The translations under genes were made by a program, and so were the position numbers. The notes beneath the pieces were generated by a model, which saw only the letters and a list, made by a program, of their open reading frames with translations, searched no databases and was not told the DNA's origin. Of a stretch of 29,256 nucleotides of DNA, positions 15,957 through 25,539 are shown piece after piece. Each line of letters starts with the position of its first letter. Positions within the stretch are counted from its first letter, which is position 1. Source of the stretch: a virus (lineage: Duplodnaviria > Caudoviricetes); IMG/VR virus record IMGVR_UViG_3300032305_000808, positions 1-29,256 of that record; one strand, 5' to 3'.

Positions 15957-17409
15957 TTCGGCGGATATTGTTATCGGCGGGGCGGCGGCGTTTGTTGGTA
16001 AAACATTTGCCTTGTTATTGGATCCATTGCGGCACATTGGCAACGCAGGATTTGGCGGGGTAATATTTCGGCGCACATCGGTGCAAATACGAAATGAGGG
16101 CGGGTTATGGGATACGTCCATGAAGTTGTACCCCATTGTTGGCGGTGAGCCGCGTGAATCATCGTTAGATTGGAAATTTCCACAGGGCTCAAAAATATCG
16201 TTTAGGCATTTAGAGTATGAGAAAAATAAATATGATTGGCAGGGCTCGCAAATCCCGTTCATTGGATTTGATGAGTTAACGCATTTTAGTGAAACCATGT
16301 TTTTTTATCTGTTAAGCCGTAACCGTTCTAATTGCAATGTGCGGCCATTTGTTCGGGCCACATGTAACCCCGATCCGGAAAGTTGGGTATATAAGTTAAT
16401 CAAATGGTGGATAGATCCCGATACCGGATTCCCGATATTGGAGCGGCGGGGTAAGTTGCGGTATTTCATTAAGTACGGGCACGATTACATTTGGGGCGAC
16501 AGTTACGATGAGGTAATGAGTAAAGCGGCGCACATTATTGAGCCGTTGATTGAGCAAAGCGGATTGAAACCGCGTGATTTTATCAAATCAATTACATTCG
16601 TTTCTGGTTCCATTTATGATAATAAAAAGGGGTTAGAACAGGATCCGTCATATCCGGGCAATCTGTTGAGCCAGGATGAGGACACACGGCGGCAATTATT
16701 GGAGGGCCGTTGGAAGGTTAGCAGCAACCCGGATGATCTGTTTGAGTTCGACAAGTTTGCCGAATGTTTCGACATATTGCGCAACAATGACAAATCAACG
16801 CGATTTATTACGGCGGACATTGCAATGAAGGGCAGCAACAAATTGGTAGTTGGTTATTGGGAGGGGTTCGTATTAATGGACGTGGAGATTATGGACAAAT
16901 CGGACGGCAAACAGGTAATAGATTTAATACAAAACATGGCCGAAAAATATTCAGTTGAAAATCGTTATATTTGTTACGACAGCGACGGGGTTGGTTCATA
17001 TATTGACGGGTTCATTAAAGGTGCGGTGCCATTCAACGGCGGTGCATCGGCGATGAGCGTAAAGGATCCAATCAGCGGGCGACTAATTAAAGAGAATTAT
17101 TTAAACCTAAAAACGCAATGTTATTACCGAATAGGTGCGCGGGTTGATAATGGGGAGTTAAAGATTAGCAAACATGTAGGCAATAAAATGTATGACCAAA
17201 CAACCACAATTAGGCAACGTTTCCTGCATGAGCGCAAAGCGATAAAAAGAGCGAAGGCAGATTATGATGGGAAGTTGAGGATAATTGGTAAGGATGAAAT
17301 GAAAATAAAGTTAAACGGGGATAGCCCGGATTTAATGGATATGTTGATGATGCGCGAATTATTTGAATTAAAACCTAAAATGGTATTTGCATATGGGAAT
17401 AATGGATAG
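15895..17409 (+). CDS. terL: Terminase large subunit
   Basis: PQPGYQ, GGAAAFVGKT, FRR, IGFDELTHF (Walker B), RATCNPD, nuclease ADIA...YDSDGVG...SPDLMD. Confidence 0.93.
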   Translation: MEPQIQIIKPQPGYQEISLSSSADIVIGGAAAFVGKTFALLLDPLRHIGNAGFGGVIFRRTSVQIRNEGGLWDTSMKLYPIVGGEPRESSLDWKFPQGSKISFRHLEYEKNKYDWQGSQIPFIGFDELTHFSETMFFYLLSRNRSNCNVRPFVRATCNPDPESWVYKLIKWWIDPDTGFPILERRGKLRYFIKYGHDYIWGDSYDEVMSKAAHIIEPLIEQSGLKPRDFIKSITFVSGSIYDNKKGLEQDPSYPGNLLSQDEDTRRQLLEGRWKVSSNPDDLFEFDKFAECFDILRNNDKSTRFITADIAMKGSNKLVVGYWEGFVLMDVEIMDKSDGKQVIDLIQNMAEKYSVENRYICYDSDGVGSYIDGFIKGAVPFNGGASAMSVKDPISGRLIKENYLNLKTQCYYRIGARVDNGELKISKHVGNKMYDQTTTIRQRFLHERKAIKRAKADYDGKLRIIGKDEMKIKLNGDSPDLMDMLMMRELFELKPKMVFAYGNNG

Positions 17410-18751
17410 GTTGTTTGGATCAACCAAAACAATTAAGAAACTTGAAACGCAGGTAAAAGCATTGCAGCGGAGTTATTTAGGCATGCAGATAAATGCATCA
17501 ACCGCGATCTATCCGAGTTGGCAGGTTATTGAAAGCATCGATCAATATTGCACGATTGATGATATTTACAGCGTGATCAGTTATTTAGCCGAAACGGCGG
17601 CACGCATCCCAATGTATGGGTATGAGGTCGTTAACGATGATATGTTGAAGCGGTATAAAAAGCACGGGCAACAAACCATCCAGGGCAAACATTATCAATT
17701 AAAGGCAATGCAGGATTTGCCGGATACAGATCCGTTTGTTGAGTTTATGGGCGGCATAACGTATGAGGACAGGATAAAGTATTTTACTATTCTTTACATA
17801 ACCGGTGAATTGTTTTTATATAAGGAGGTAATAGAGTTGGGCCCGAATGCGGGTAAGGTTTATTTGCATGCGTTGAATAATCAAAATGTGCAGGTAATTG
17901 TATCGGATAGTTTTCCGCAGCGCGTTATTGGGTACCGTTATTATGATGTGGGTTACGATGGCAATTTTACAACGGATGAGATAATACACGTTAAGTATTA
18001 CAACCCGCAAACAACAAACGGTTTGCAATTTAGAGGGTTGAGCCCATTACAGGTATTGACTAAGCGCATAACACGATTAAATGCGGGCATGGATGCAAGC
18101 GTTGGCCAAATCCAAAACGGAGGTATACCGGGCATTGTGTACGAGAAAAATGAGTTTGCCATTGAAACATTGGCACAGCGCAAAAATGATTTTGCGAAGT
18201 ATTTGCACAATTCATCGAACAAGGGCGCGCCATACTTTGCAGCGGGTGAAATGGGTTACATTCCGTTAGGTTTGCCGTTGGCGGACATGGATGTAGTGGA
18301 GTTGCAAAAAATAGATTTCACTAAACTTTGCAACGCGTACAAATTTCCGGAGGTACTCTTAAATAATACGGATGCGTCAACCTATGATAATATGAACACG
18401 GCACTAAAAATGTTGTACACCAACAGCATTTTGCCAAACATATTTTTATTTAGGGATGCGATAATACACGGCGTGTTAACCCTGCCAAAATTTATGGACG
18501 GCGTAAAGCGCACCATTGAGATTGATATAAGCGAAATCCCGGCATTGCAGGATGATATGAAAGCGCAAGCGGATGCGCTAAATGCGATGTGGTGGATAAC
18601 GCCAAATGAGAAACGTGAAATCCAACAGTTTGAGGAGATTGATAACCCGTTAATGAATCAAATCATTATCGACAGCGGCAAACAATTGTTAATTGATTTA
18701 AATGGCGGGGTTGAGGATATGCCGGTATTTGAACGTGAGCAAATTGTATGA
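17393..18751 (+). CDS. Portal protein (HK97-family-like)
   Basis: EIIHVKYYNP, GLSPLQ, QNGGIPGIV, ITPNEKRE motifs; follows TerL; likely start 17393. Confidence 0.9.
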   Translation: MGIMDRLFGSTKTIKKLETQVKALQRSYLGMQINASTAIYPSWQVIESIDQYCTIDDIYSVISYLAETAARIPMYGYEVVNDDMLKRYKKHGQQTIQGKHYQLKAMQDLPDTDPFVEFMGGITYEDRIKYFTILYITGELFLYKEVIELGPNAGKVYLHALNNQNVQVIVSDSFPQRVIGYRYYDVGYDGNFTTDEIIHVKYYNPQTTNGLQFRGLSPLQVLTKRITRLNAGMDASVGQIQNGGIPGIVYEKNEFAIETLAQRKNDFAKYLHNSSNKGAPYFAAGEMGYIPLGLPLADMDVVELQKIDFTKLCNAYKFPEVLLNNTDASTYDNMNTALKMLYTNSILPNIFLFRDAIIHGVLTLPKFMDGVKRTIEIDISEIPALQDDMKAQADALNAMWWITPNEKREIQQFEEIDNPLMNQIIIDSGKQLLIDLNGGVEDMPVFEREQIV

Positions 18752-18942
18752 AGTCAATAAATGAGGTTGCAATCATTGCGGAGAAAAAAGTAAATGAGGC
18801 AATTATGATGCATTTGCCAAAACCGAGTTGCGCGAGCAAACAACAACAATGGCGGTGGCGGTGCGATGAGGTTAAAAAAGAATTGGCACGGCGTTTGGGT
18901 GCGGATGGTTTGGGCATTACGGTAAATGTAAATGTGCAATGA
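18748..18942 (+). CDS. Small hypothetical protein
   Basis: 64 aa, ATGA-coupled on both sides between the portal and gpF-like genes. Confidence 0.65.
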   Translation: MKSINEVAIIAEKKVNEAIMMHLPKPSCASKQQQWRWRCDEVKKELARRLGADGLGITVNVNVQ

Positions 18943-19733
18943 CAAAGCGGGAGCAAAATAATTATTGGAAAAAATGGCATGCATTCCAACAGAGGCAGGA
19001 AAAATTATTTACCCCTAAATTTAACCGCGCATTAAAGGTGCAATTAGATGCGTTTGCAAAATCGCAGGATGTGGCGAGCATCCCCGCATTTCCCATTTAT
19101 GATGTGTTGGTTGATTTGTACCGGACGGTTGGCCCTAAATGGGCGGCGGCAAATCGTGAGTTTGCATACAAACAGGATGATTTGTTTGTGAGCGGGCAGA
19201 TGGGGTTTAATGCCAGGATTGCCGAATTGATGCAGCAATATTACGGCGTTGATTTGCTGAATGATGCCAATTTAATGACGCAATACAGCCGTGAGGTAAT
19301 TATTAGGGTTTTGAGCCAGGCAGCGGAAACGGGCGCATCATTTGATGATATTGTAAAACAATTATTGGTGCATCCTGAATTTGGCCCGATCCGGGCGCGG
19401 CGCATTGCCCGGACGGAAACAGTAACCGCGGCCAATGGTGCGGCGATGATATATGCCCAGGAATCGGGCAACGTAATGGATAAATATTGGATAGCGGTTA
19501 AGGATAGCAGGACGCGGCATGATCATCGCGCGGTTGATGGTAAGGTTGTAAATTACGATGTGCCTTTTAAGTTATTGAGCCAGGAGGGCGGATTGGTTGA
19601 GATGATGCAACCCGGTGTGAGATCGCAACCAAATGGGTTGCCGGTGCCTGCATCGCAGGTTGTTAATTGCCGGTGCACGGTTGCATTTAAGGCCAAACGG
19701 GATGCAAACGGCAACATTATCCGGCGGAGATAA
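18939..19733 (+). CDS. Head morphogenesis / minor capsid protein (SPP1 gp7 / Mu gpF family)
   Basis: RARRIARTET, KYWIAVKDSRTRHDH, VVNCRC. Confidence 0.9.
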   Translation: MTKREQNNYWKKWHAFQQRQEKLFTPKFNRALKVQLDAFAKSQDVASIPAFPIYDVLVDLYRTVGPKWAAANREFAYKQDDLFVSGQMGFNARIAELMQQYYGVDLLNDANLMTQYSREVIIRVLSQAAETGASFDDIVKQLLVHPEFGPIRARRIARTETVTAANGAAMIYAQESGNVMDKYWIAVKDSRTRHDHRAVDGKVVNYDVPFKLLSQEGGLVEMMQPGVRSQPNGLPVPASQVVNCRCTVAFKAKRDANGNIIRRR

Positions 19734-19770
19734 TTTTTTTTATTAAATCAAAATATATTAATTTTAAGAC

Positions 19771-20514
19771 GTGGAGAATATATACCAAATAAAAAACGGG
19801 ATGATCGGGGCAACCATCGATGATGTTGATGAGAAAAAAGGGATTGTTACCGGTTATTTTTCGCATTTCAATAATGTGGATGCAGACGGCGATGTTATCC
19901 GTCCGGGTGCATTTAAAAAGAGCATTAAAGAGAATGGGCCCAAAAGTGCGCAACCCCGCATAAAACATTTACTTAACCATGATCCTTCAAAGCCGTTGGG
20001 AGTTTTGATGGATTTGAGGGAGGATAAAACGGGGTTGGCGTATGAGTCGCAAATTGGCGGGCATGATTTGGGCGAAGATTTTATTAAAATGGTGGAGAGT
20101 GGTTTGATTACGGAGCATTCAATTGGGTTTCGGATTATGAAGCGCAACCAAATGCAAGCGTATGAGCAATACATGAAAAATCCGGGGTTGGGATATTATG
20201 AAATTACGGAGTTAAAGTTATACGAGGGTTCAAGTTTAACGGCGTGGGGTGCAAACCCATTAACGCCAATTACGGGGCTCAAATCATTGGATAACATTGA
20301 TTTGATAATTTCCCAAACGCAGGCAATAGAGAAATTTTGCCGCAACACCAATGCAACAGATGAGACAATTGAAATGCTTTTGTTGCATACAAAACAGTTA
20401 GCACAGTTGGTTATCGATATGCAAAAGAGTAGCACAATGCCGGAAGGTTCCACATTGCCGCAAAATGATGTGTTAGATGCGATACGTGAATTTAAACAAA
20501 CATTAAAAAATTAA
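19771..20514 (+). CDS. HK97-family prohead protease
   Basis: GYFSHFNNVDADGDVIRPGAF, LLNHD, HSIGF, LYEGSSLTAWGANP; GTG start. Confidence 0.92.
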   Translation: MENIYQIKNGMIGATIDDVDEKKGIVTGYFSHFNNVDADGDVIRPGAFKKSIKENGPKSAQPRIKHLLNHDPSKPLGVLMDLREDKTGLAYESQIGGHDLGEDFIKMVESGLITEHSIGFRIMKRNQMQAYEQYMKNPGLGYYEITELKLYEGSSLTAWGANPLTPITGLKSLDNIDLIISQTQAIEKFCRNTNATDETIEMLLLHTKQLAQLVIDMQKSSTMPEGSTLPQNDVLDAIREFKQTLKN

Positions 20515-20522
20515 AATCAATC

Positions 20523-21725
20523 ATGGAAAAAAAAGATTTGATGATTGAATTGGAGGGCCTAAAGTCAACGCTCGAAAGTTCAATTAACGAAAAAACTAAA
20601 AGTGAAATCGCCGAGCAATTGAAATCAGTTGTTTCACAAGTTGAGGAAAAAATTGCATCATTTAAAGACGGTGGCGACTCAGCCGAGGCCGTTAAATCAA
20701 TGAGCACAGAGGTTGCAAAACTGAAAAGTGAGCAAACCGCAATTTTGAAGGCATTTGATTTGCTGCAAACCCGCGTAAAATCAACCGGTTCAAACGCAAA
20801 AGAAACAAAGAGTTTTAACCAACTTTTTGCTGAAGGTTTGGAGGCTAATTTCGACAGCATCCAAAATGTAAAAAAGGGCAAGCCGTTCCGCATGGAAATT
20901 AAAGCGGTTGGCACAATGACATTGGGTAACAATTTGACCGGTGATGGCGTTGCATCATATGCACCAACACAAGCCATTTTGCCGAGCCAAAAGGTTAACA
21001 TGCGTGATTTGATTCCAACCAGCATTTCACCAACCGGATTGTATGTACAATACAGAGAAACAGGCGGAGAAGGTGCATTCACAGTACAAACCGAAGGTGC
21101 GGTAAAAGGACAAATCGATTACGATTTCAGCGAAATCAAAGTTGTTGAGGATTACATTGCAGGTTTTGCGCGTTTCTCAAAGCAAATGGCAAAGCAATTG
21201 CCGTTTATGCAAACAACTTTGCCGCGTTTGTTGACACGTGATTTCTACAAAATTGAAAACAGCACGTTTTACACAGCCGTTGCAACCGCATGTGCGTCAA
21301 ATACGCCAACATCAACCGAAACCGATAACGTTAAATATTTGATGGATTGTATTGCACAGCAACAGCAGGCCAATTTTAACGCATCTTATGTTTTGGTTAA
21401 TTACACCGAATTGGCAGCCCTAAACAAATTGCTTTACACGAATGGTTATTACCAGGGTAGCGGATCGGTTGTAAGTTTGCCAAACGGTACCATTGTAATT
21501 GGTGGCACACCGGTTGTACCTGCATCATGGGTACCTGCTGATAAAGCCTTGATTTTCGATGCTGATTATTTGGAGCGTGTAGAAACCGAAAGCGTTGTTA
21601 TTGAGTTTGCAATGGAGGATAGTGATAATTTCCAACGCAATTTGATTACAGCCCGCATTGAGTGCCTGGAAGACATCAATTTGATGTTACCAACGGCTGC
21701 AATGATTGGTGATTTCACCGCGTAA
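20523..21725 (+). CDS. Major capsid protein (HK97 fold with N-terminal delta domain)
   Basis: Coiled-coil N-terminus, EGAVKGQ, FQRNLITARIE; follows the protease. Confidence 0.92.
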   Translation: MEKKDLMIELEGLKSTLESSINEKTKSEIAEQLKSVVSQVEEKIASFKDGGDSAEAVKSMSTEVAKLKSEQTAILKAFDLLQTRVKSTGSNAKETKSFNQLFAEGLEANFDSIQNVKKGKPFRMEIKAVGTMTLGNNLTGDGVASYAPTQAILPSQKVNMRDLIPTSISPTGLYVQYRETGGEGAFTVQTEGAVKGQIDYDFSEIKVVEDYIAGFARFSKQMAKQLPFMQTTLPRLLTRDFYKIENSTFYTAVATACASNTPTSTETDNVKYLMDCIAQQQQANFNASYVLVNYTELAALNKLLYTNGYYQGSGSVVSLPNGTIVIGGTPVVPASWVPADKALIFDADYLERVETESVVIEFAMEDSDNFQRNLITARIECLEDINLMLPTAAMIGDFTA

Positions 21726-21746
21726 TTGGTTAAGGAATAATAAAGA

Positions 21747-21782
21747 AAATGGCCCTACCCATTAAATAGGGTGGGGCCATTT
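21747..21782 (+). terminator. Hairpin/terminator after the capsid gene
   Basis: AAATGGCCCTACCC-ATTAAATA-GGGTGGGGCCATTT 14-bp stem. Confidence 0.7.
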
Positions 21783-21798
21783 CAATAAAATAAATACC

Positions 21799-22350
21799 AT
21801 GGTTTCATACAATAGCGTTTTGGATATTGAGTTTAACGACGGGGCAATAACGGAGCCGGTTAATTTATCGGAGGCTAAAAACTTTTGCAAGGTTGACATT
21901 AGCACCGATGATGCGTTGTTAACATCGTTGATTGTTGCGGCGCGTCAAATGTGCGAAGCATACACCGGCGTTGGCTTTGTTGAGCATGAAATAACGGCAA
22001 TATTAAACAATGAAAATGGCGGCATGTATTTGCCATATGGCCCAATTGTTTCGATTACATCCGTTGTTGATAAAGACGGCACTACGTTGTTATTGGATAC
22101 AAATTATACGGTAAGCGGTAACCAATTTGTTAGGTTATTAACGCCAAAAGAAAATGATATAACGGTTAATTACATTGGCGGTTATTCAACTTTGCCGGAG
22201 CAATTAAAGTTAGCCGTATTGAACCAGGTATATTATACTTATGACCAACGCAGCCAATCCGTGTATTTTGTAAGCGATCCACGAAACGAGCGTTTTGATC
22301 AGTTGGGGCCAATTGCAAAAATGTTATTAAATCCTTATCGCCGTGTATAA
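21799..22350 (+). CDS. Head-tail connector (HK97 gp6-like)
   Basis: EPVNLSEAKNFCKVD...DDALL...AARQMCEAYTG...LPEQLKLAVL...LLNPYR. Confidence 0.88.
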   Translation: MVSYNSVLDIEFNDGAITEPVNLSEAKNFCKVDISTDDALLTSLIVAARQMCEAYTGVGFVEHEITAILNNENGGMYLPYGPIVSITSVVDKDGTTLLLDTNYTVSGNQFVRLLTPKENDITVNYIGGYSTLPEQLKLAVLNQVYYTYDQRSQSVYFVSDPRNERFDQLGPIAKMLLNPYRRV

Positions 22351-22924
22351 ACTAAACCGAAGGGTAACAATAAAAAGGTATGGCACCGCAAAAAATGAGT
22401 TTGGCGGATTGGATGCCGTGTTAATTGCGGAGTGGAGCAAATGGGCAGAGGTAAGGGAGCGCACAGGCAGCAACTTAAACGAGCGGCAACAGGGGCAATG
22501 GGAATATGATCAAATCTTTATTTTGCGGTATGAAAAAGAGCGGCCAACGCGTTCAAATGATGTGTTGTATTATGAGGCGGAGCCGTACAAAATAACATCA
22601 ATACAAATCCGCACAGAGGGCGCAAAATCATGGGAGTACATCCAGGCGGTAAAAATTGACGAACAAATAAATAACGATGCACCAATGGACACAGGCAACA
22701 TCCAGGTATTTAACTATTTAGCGGCAACCGGTGAGTTTGAGTTTACAAATGCTGCATTGATTGGCAAAAATGTATTTGCAGCGTTTAAAGATGGGGTGCA
22801 ATATTTGGTTGTTGAAGCATCGCCAACGGGCGGCAAAGAGGTATATTTTAATTCAACAACGGGCGCATTTGTTTGGAGTGTATATTTTGAAGCGGGCGAG
22901 GTTGCAACAATTTTATATTATTAA
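22343..22924 (+). CDS. Head closure/head-tail adaptor (SPP1 gp16-like) with extra C-terminal domain
   Basis: LNRRVTIKR...NEFGG...WAEV...YKITSI in the first ~105 aa; ~85-aa beta-rich extension. Confidence 0.78.
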   Translation: MYKLNRRVTIKRYGTAKNEFGGLDAVLIAEWSKWAEVRERTGSNLNERQQGQWEYDQIFILRYEKERPTRSNDVLYYEAEPYKITSIQIRTEGAKSWEYIQAVKIDEQINNDAPMDTGNIQVFNYLAATGEFEFTNAALIGKNVFAAFKDGVQYLVVEASPTGGKEVYFNSTTGAFVWSVYFEAGEVATILYY

Positions 22925-22926
22925 AA

Positions 22927-23454
22927 ATGTTTAGCGTAAACGTTCAGGGGTTGGATGCAACCCTCAAAAAGTTTGATAAATTGGCAAAGGATACGCAGGA
23001 CGGCGTACAGGCCGCGTTGAATGATTGGGCGGACAGGACGGCAACGGATGCAATAACATTGGTATCGATACAATCGAGCGATGAAAACGGATTAAAGGGT
23101 AGCATAAAGCCTCTTTATGGCAACGGCAATGCGGCGGTTGTTGCGGCGCAAAAATATGCGGCCTATATTGAGTTTGGCACGCGCAAATTTGCGGCGCAAT
23201 ATGTTGCAAGTTTGCCCGATGATTGGCAGGCATATGCGGCAACATTTAAAGGCAAGGGCGGGGGCGGCACGGCACGTGATTTTTGGAAATCAATTCAGGC
23301 ATGGGGCAACCGCAAAAAATTGGAGCCCTCTCATGTTTATTTTATTTACAAAAAGATTTTGCGCGATGGTATACGTCCAAAGCCGTTTTTATATCCATCC
23401 GTAAATAAAAATTTACCTTTGTTAATAAAGGATATTAAAAAGATATTTAAATGA
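22927..23454 (+). CDS. Tail completion protein (HK97 gp10-like)
   Basis: VQGLD, YAAYIEFGT, GIRPKPFLYPS. Confidence 0.88.
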   Translation: MFSVNVQGLDATLKKFDKLAKDTQDGVQAALNDWADRTATDAITLVSIQSSDENGLKGSIKPLYGNGNAAVVAAQKYAAYIEFGTRKFAAQYVASLPDDWQAYAATFKGKGGGGTARDFWKSIQAWGNRKKLEPSHVYFIYKKILRDGIRPKPFLYPSVNKNLPLLIKDIKKIFK

Positions 23455-23873
23455 AGGACATAAATAGCGCATTATTGCAGGCATATTATACCGTGATTGA
23501 TGGGTTGGATATCCCATGTTATGAGGGTGAGGAGCCGGATGATGTAAAGGATAAAATTTATGTTGTTTTGAGCGATGTAAACGCGCAGGAAACGTCCACA
23601 GATAATAGCAGCGATTGTCAGGCAACAATACAGGTTACAATAAATAGTTGGGAGTATAAATACAACAATTCAAAGCAATTAAACATTGTAACGGGGCAGA
23701 TATTGGAGGCAATTAAACCATCCTCAATTTCCGTGTTGAATTTGTCGGATTTTGGATTACAAATGTTAAATTTGTTGGTACAAACCGACCGAACAGAAAG
23801 ATTTGGTGAAATGGGCGGGAAGGTTTATATTAGTAGGGCATTAATATTTAAACAAGATATTTTTATAAACTAA
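23451..23873 (+). CDS. Tail terminator protein (DUF3168/gp17-like)
   Basis: 140 aa; position between the gp10-like and tail tube genes. Confidence 0.7.
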   Translation: MKDINSALLQAYYTVIDGLDIPCYEGEEPDDVKDKIYVVLSDVNAQETSTDNSSDCQATIQVTINSWEYKYNNSKQLNIVTGQILEAIKPSSISVLNLSDFGLQMLNLLVQTDRTERFGEMGGKVYISRALIFKQDIFIN

Positions 23874-23885
23874 AAAACAAAAAAA

Positions 23886-24320
23886 ATGGCAGAGCATAAG
23901 GTTTCAGGCGGCACGATGCTGCTTTTTATTGATCCAGCGGGCGGTACCGCATATGATACGGTTGTATGTTTAACATCCGTTGGTAAATCCGATTCGATAA
24001 CCGTTGTTGACGCGTCAAGCGCATGCGGCCCGGACAAATCGCCCGGCACATTGGAGTTGAGTTATACATTTGAAGGCCAACACCTGCAAGATCCGGACAG
24101 CGGCAAAATTAGCGGTACATCATTGCGCGTTTTGTTGCGCAACAAAACAACCATTGGTTGGAAAATTGCACCGGCATCGCCGTTGGATGGTGATGAGATT
24201 GAGTACGGAACGGGTTATTTGTCCGAATTGAGCAGTACATACGCATTCGATTCGGTTGGTACATTTACCGGTACCATTCAACCATACGGCACACCAACAT
24301 TGGAAACATACGTTGATTAA
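23886..24320 (+). CDS. Major tail (tube) protein
   Basis: VVCLTS...VVDASSACG...GTGYLSELSSTYAFDSVGTFTGTIQPYGTP; strong A-rich leader; position. Confidence 0.85.
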   Translation: MAEHKVSGGTMLLFIDPAGGTAYDTVVCLTSVGKSDSITVVDASSACGPDKSPGTLELSYTFEGQHLQDPDSGKISGTSLRVLLRNKTTIGWKIAPASPLDGDEIEYGTGYLSELSSTYAFDSVGTFTGTIQPYGTPTLETYVD

Positions 24321-24326
24321 TAAATT

Positions 24327-25211
24327 ATGGCAGAGCACAAAATTCAGGGCGGCGATTATTTGCTAAAAATAAATGATGATACGGTTGTATGTTTAACATC
24401 CGTATCATTAAACGACAGCGTAACCGTTGTTGATGCATCGAGCGCATGCGGGCCGGACAAATCGCCCGGCTCATTGGAGATTTCAATTAGTTTTGAGGGC
24501 CAACATTTGCAGGATCCATTAAACGGCAAAATTAGCGGCACCGATTTGCGTACATTGTTACGGAGTGAAACCACAATTGGTTTTGAATTAGGGCCTATTT
24601 TACCAGAAATTGGCGACGAAGTACAAACCGGAACGGGTTTTATATCGGAGTTGAGTAGCACATACGCATTTGATGCGGTTGGTACATTCACCGGTACCAT
24701 CCAATGTTATGGCATGCCATCAACAAATATTTTAACTTTGAGTATTGGTTTGTTTTTGGATGGGGGTTATGTTTGTTATATTGATGGATCCGGTGATTAT
24801 TATATTGTTGCAAATGAGTTAACAAATAGTACATGGGGCGATGAGTCAATTACTACAGGCGTAACAGATCAGGCTTTTTTATCAGGCATTACAAATACAC
24901 CTGCAATTATATCCGCTTATGATCCGTTACCATGTGCGGCATTAACAATACAAAATGAGGGTGCGGGTTGGTATATGCCAACAACAGATGATTTGTTTTT
25001 TGGTATTATTACCAATTGGAATGCAATGCCATTTATTCCAAATACGGGCACAGTAAATTTTTGGAGTTCATGCGAAAAACCAGGCGACGGAACGCAAGCA
25101 TGGTTTCATAATATTGAAACATCATCAGGATCTTTAATATTTGAAGGCCCTTCAACAGATCCAAAAAGTAACAATTACAAGTTAGTTGCATACAAAAAAA
25201 TAAACCTATAA
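24327..25211 (+). CDS. Tail tube paralog fused to a DUF1566/C-type-lectin-like domain
   Basis: N-terminal ~130 aa closely match 23886-24320; C-terminal GGYVCYID...GITNTPAII...WYMPTTDDL...FWSSCE...AWFHN. Confidence 0.78.
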   Translation: MAEHKIQGGDYLLKINDDTVVCLTSVSLNDSVTVVDASSACGPDKSPGSLEISISFEGQHLQDPLNGKISGTDLRTLLRSETTIGFELGPILPEIGDEVQTGTGFISELSSTYAFDAVGTFTGTIQCYGMPSTNILTLSIGLFLDGGYVCYIDGSGDYYIVANELTNSTWGDESITTGVTDQAFLSGITNTPAIISAYDPLPCAALTIQNEGAGWYMPTTDDLFFGIITNWNAMPFIPNTGTVNFWSSCEKPGDGTQAWFHNIETSSGSLIFEGPSTDPKSNNYKLVAYKKINL

Positions 25212-25212
25212 T

Positions 25213-25539
25213 ATGAGTTACATCCAAATTGAAATTGGCGGCAAAACCCGTGGTTTAAAGTTTAACCAATTGGCCATTGAAATAATGGCAACGCACAATG
25301 ATACCGAAACAACGAGCGGTTTTATTTATTCATGCATTTACGGCGGTTTAAAGGGCAATGCATACGTTAAGCGCGAAGAGTTTGCGCATACGTTTGAGGA
25401 GGTTTGCGATTGGATAGATAGCATGCCAAATAAAGCCGAAACAATGGAGTTGGTAAGTAAGACATTGAACGAAACGCAGGTATGGCAAGATTTGGTTAAA
25501 AAAGGCCAGGAGATTGAGGATGGCAAAAAAAAAGTGTAA
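25213..25539 (+). CDS. Tail assembly chaperone (gpG-like)
   Basis: Position before the TMP; IEIGGKTRGLKF; ends GKKKV on an A9 run. Confidence 0.8.
   Translation: MSYIQIEIGGKTRGLKFNQLAIEIMATHNDTETTSGFIYSCIYGGLKGNAYVKREEFAHTFEEVCDWIDSMPNKAETMELVSKTLNETQVWQDLVKKGQEIEDGKKKV
25524..25534 (+). promoter_or_regulatory. Programmed -1 ribosomal frameshift site
   Basis: C AAA AAA AAA G; the -1 frame is open to 25850. Confidence 0.75.

Noticed and set aside
24735-25211. Complete diversity-generating retroelement
   Set aside because: A target-like domain is present, but no reverse transcriptase ORF or template repeat was found in the genome
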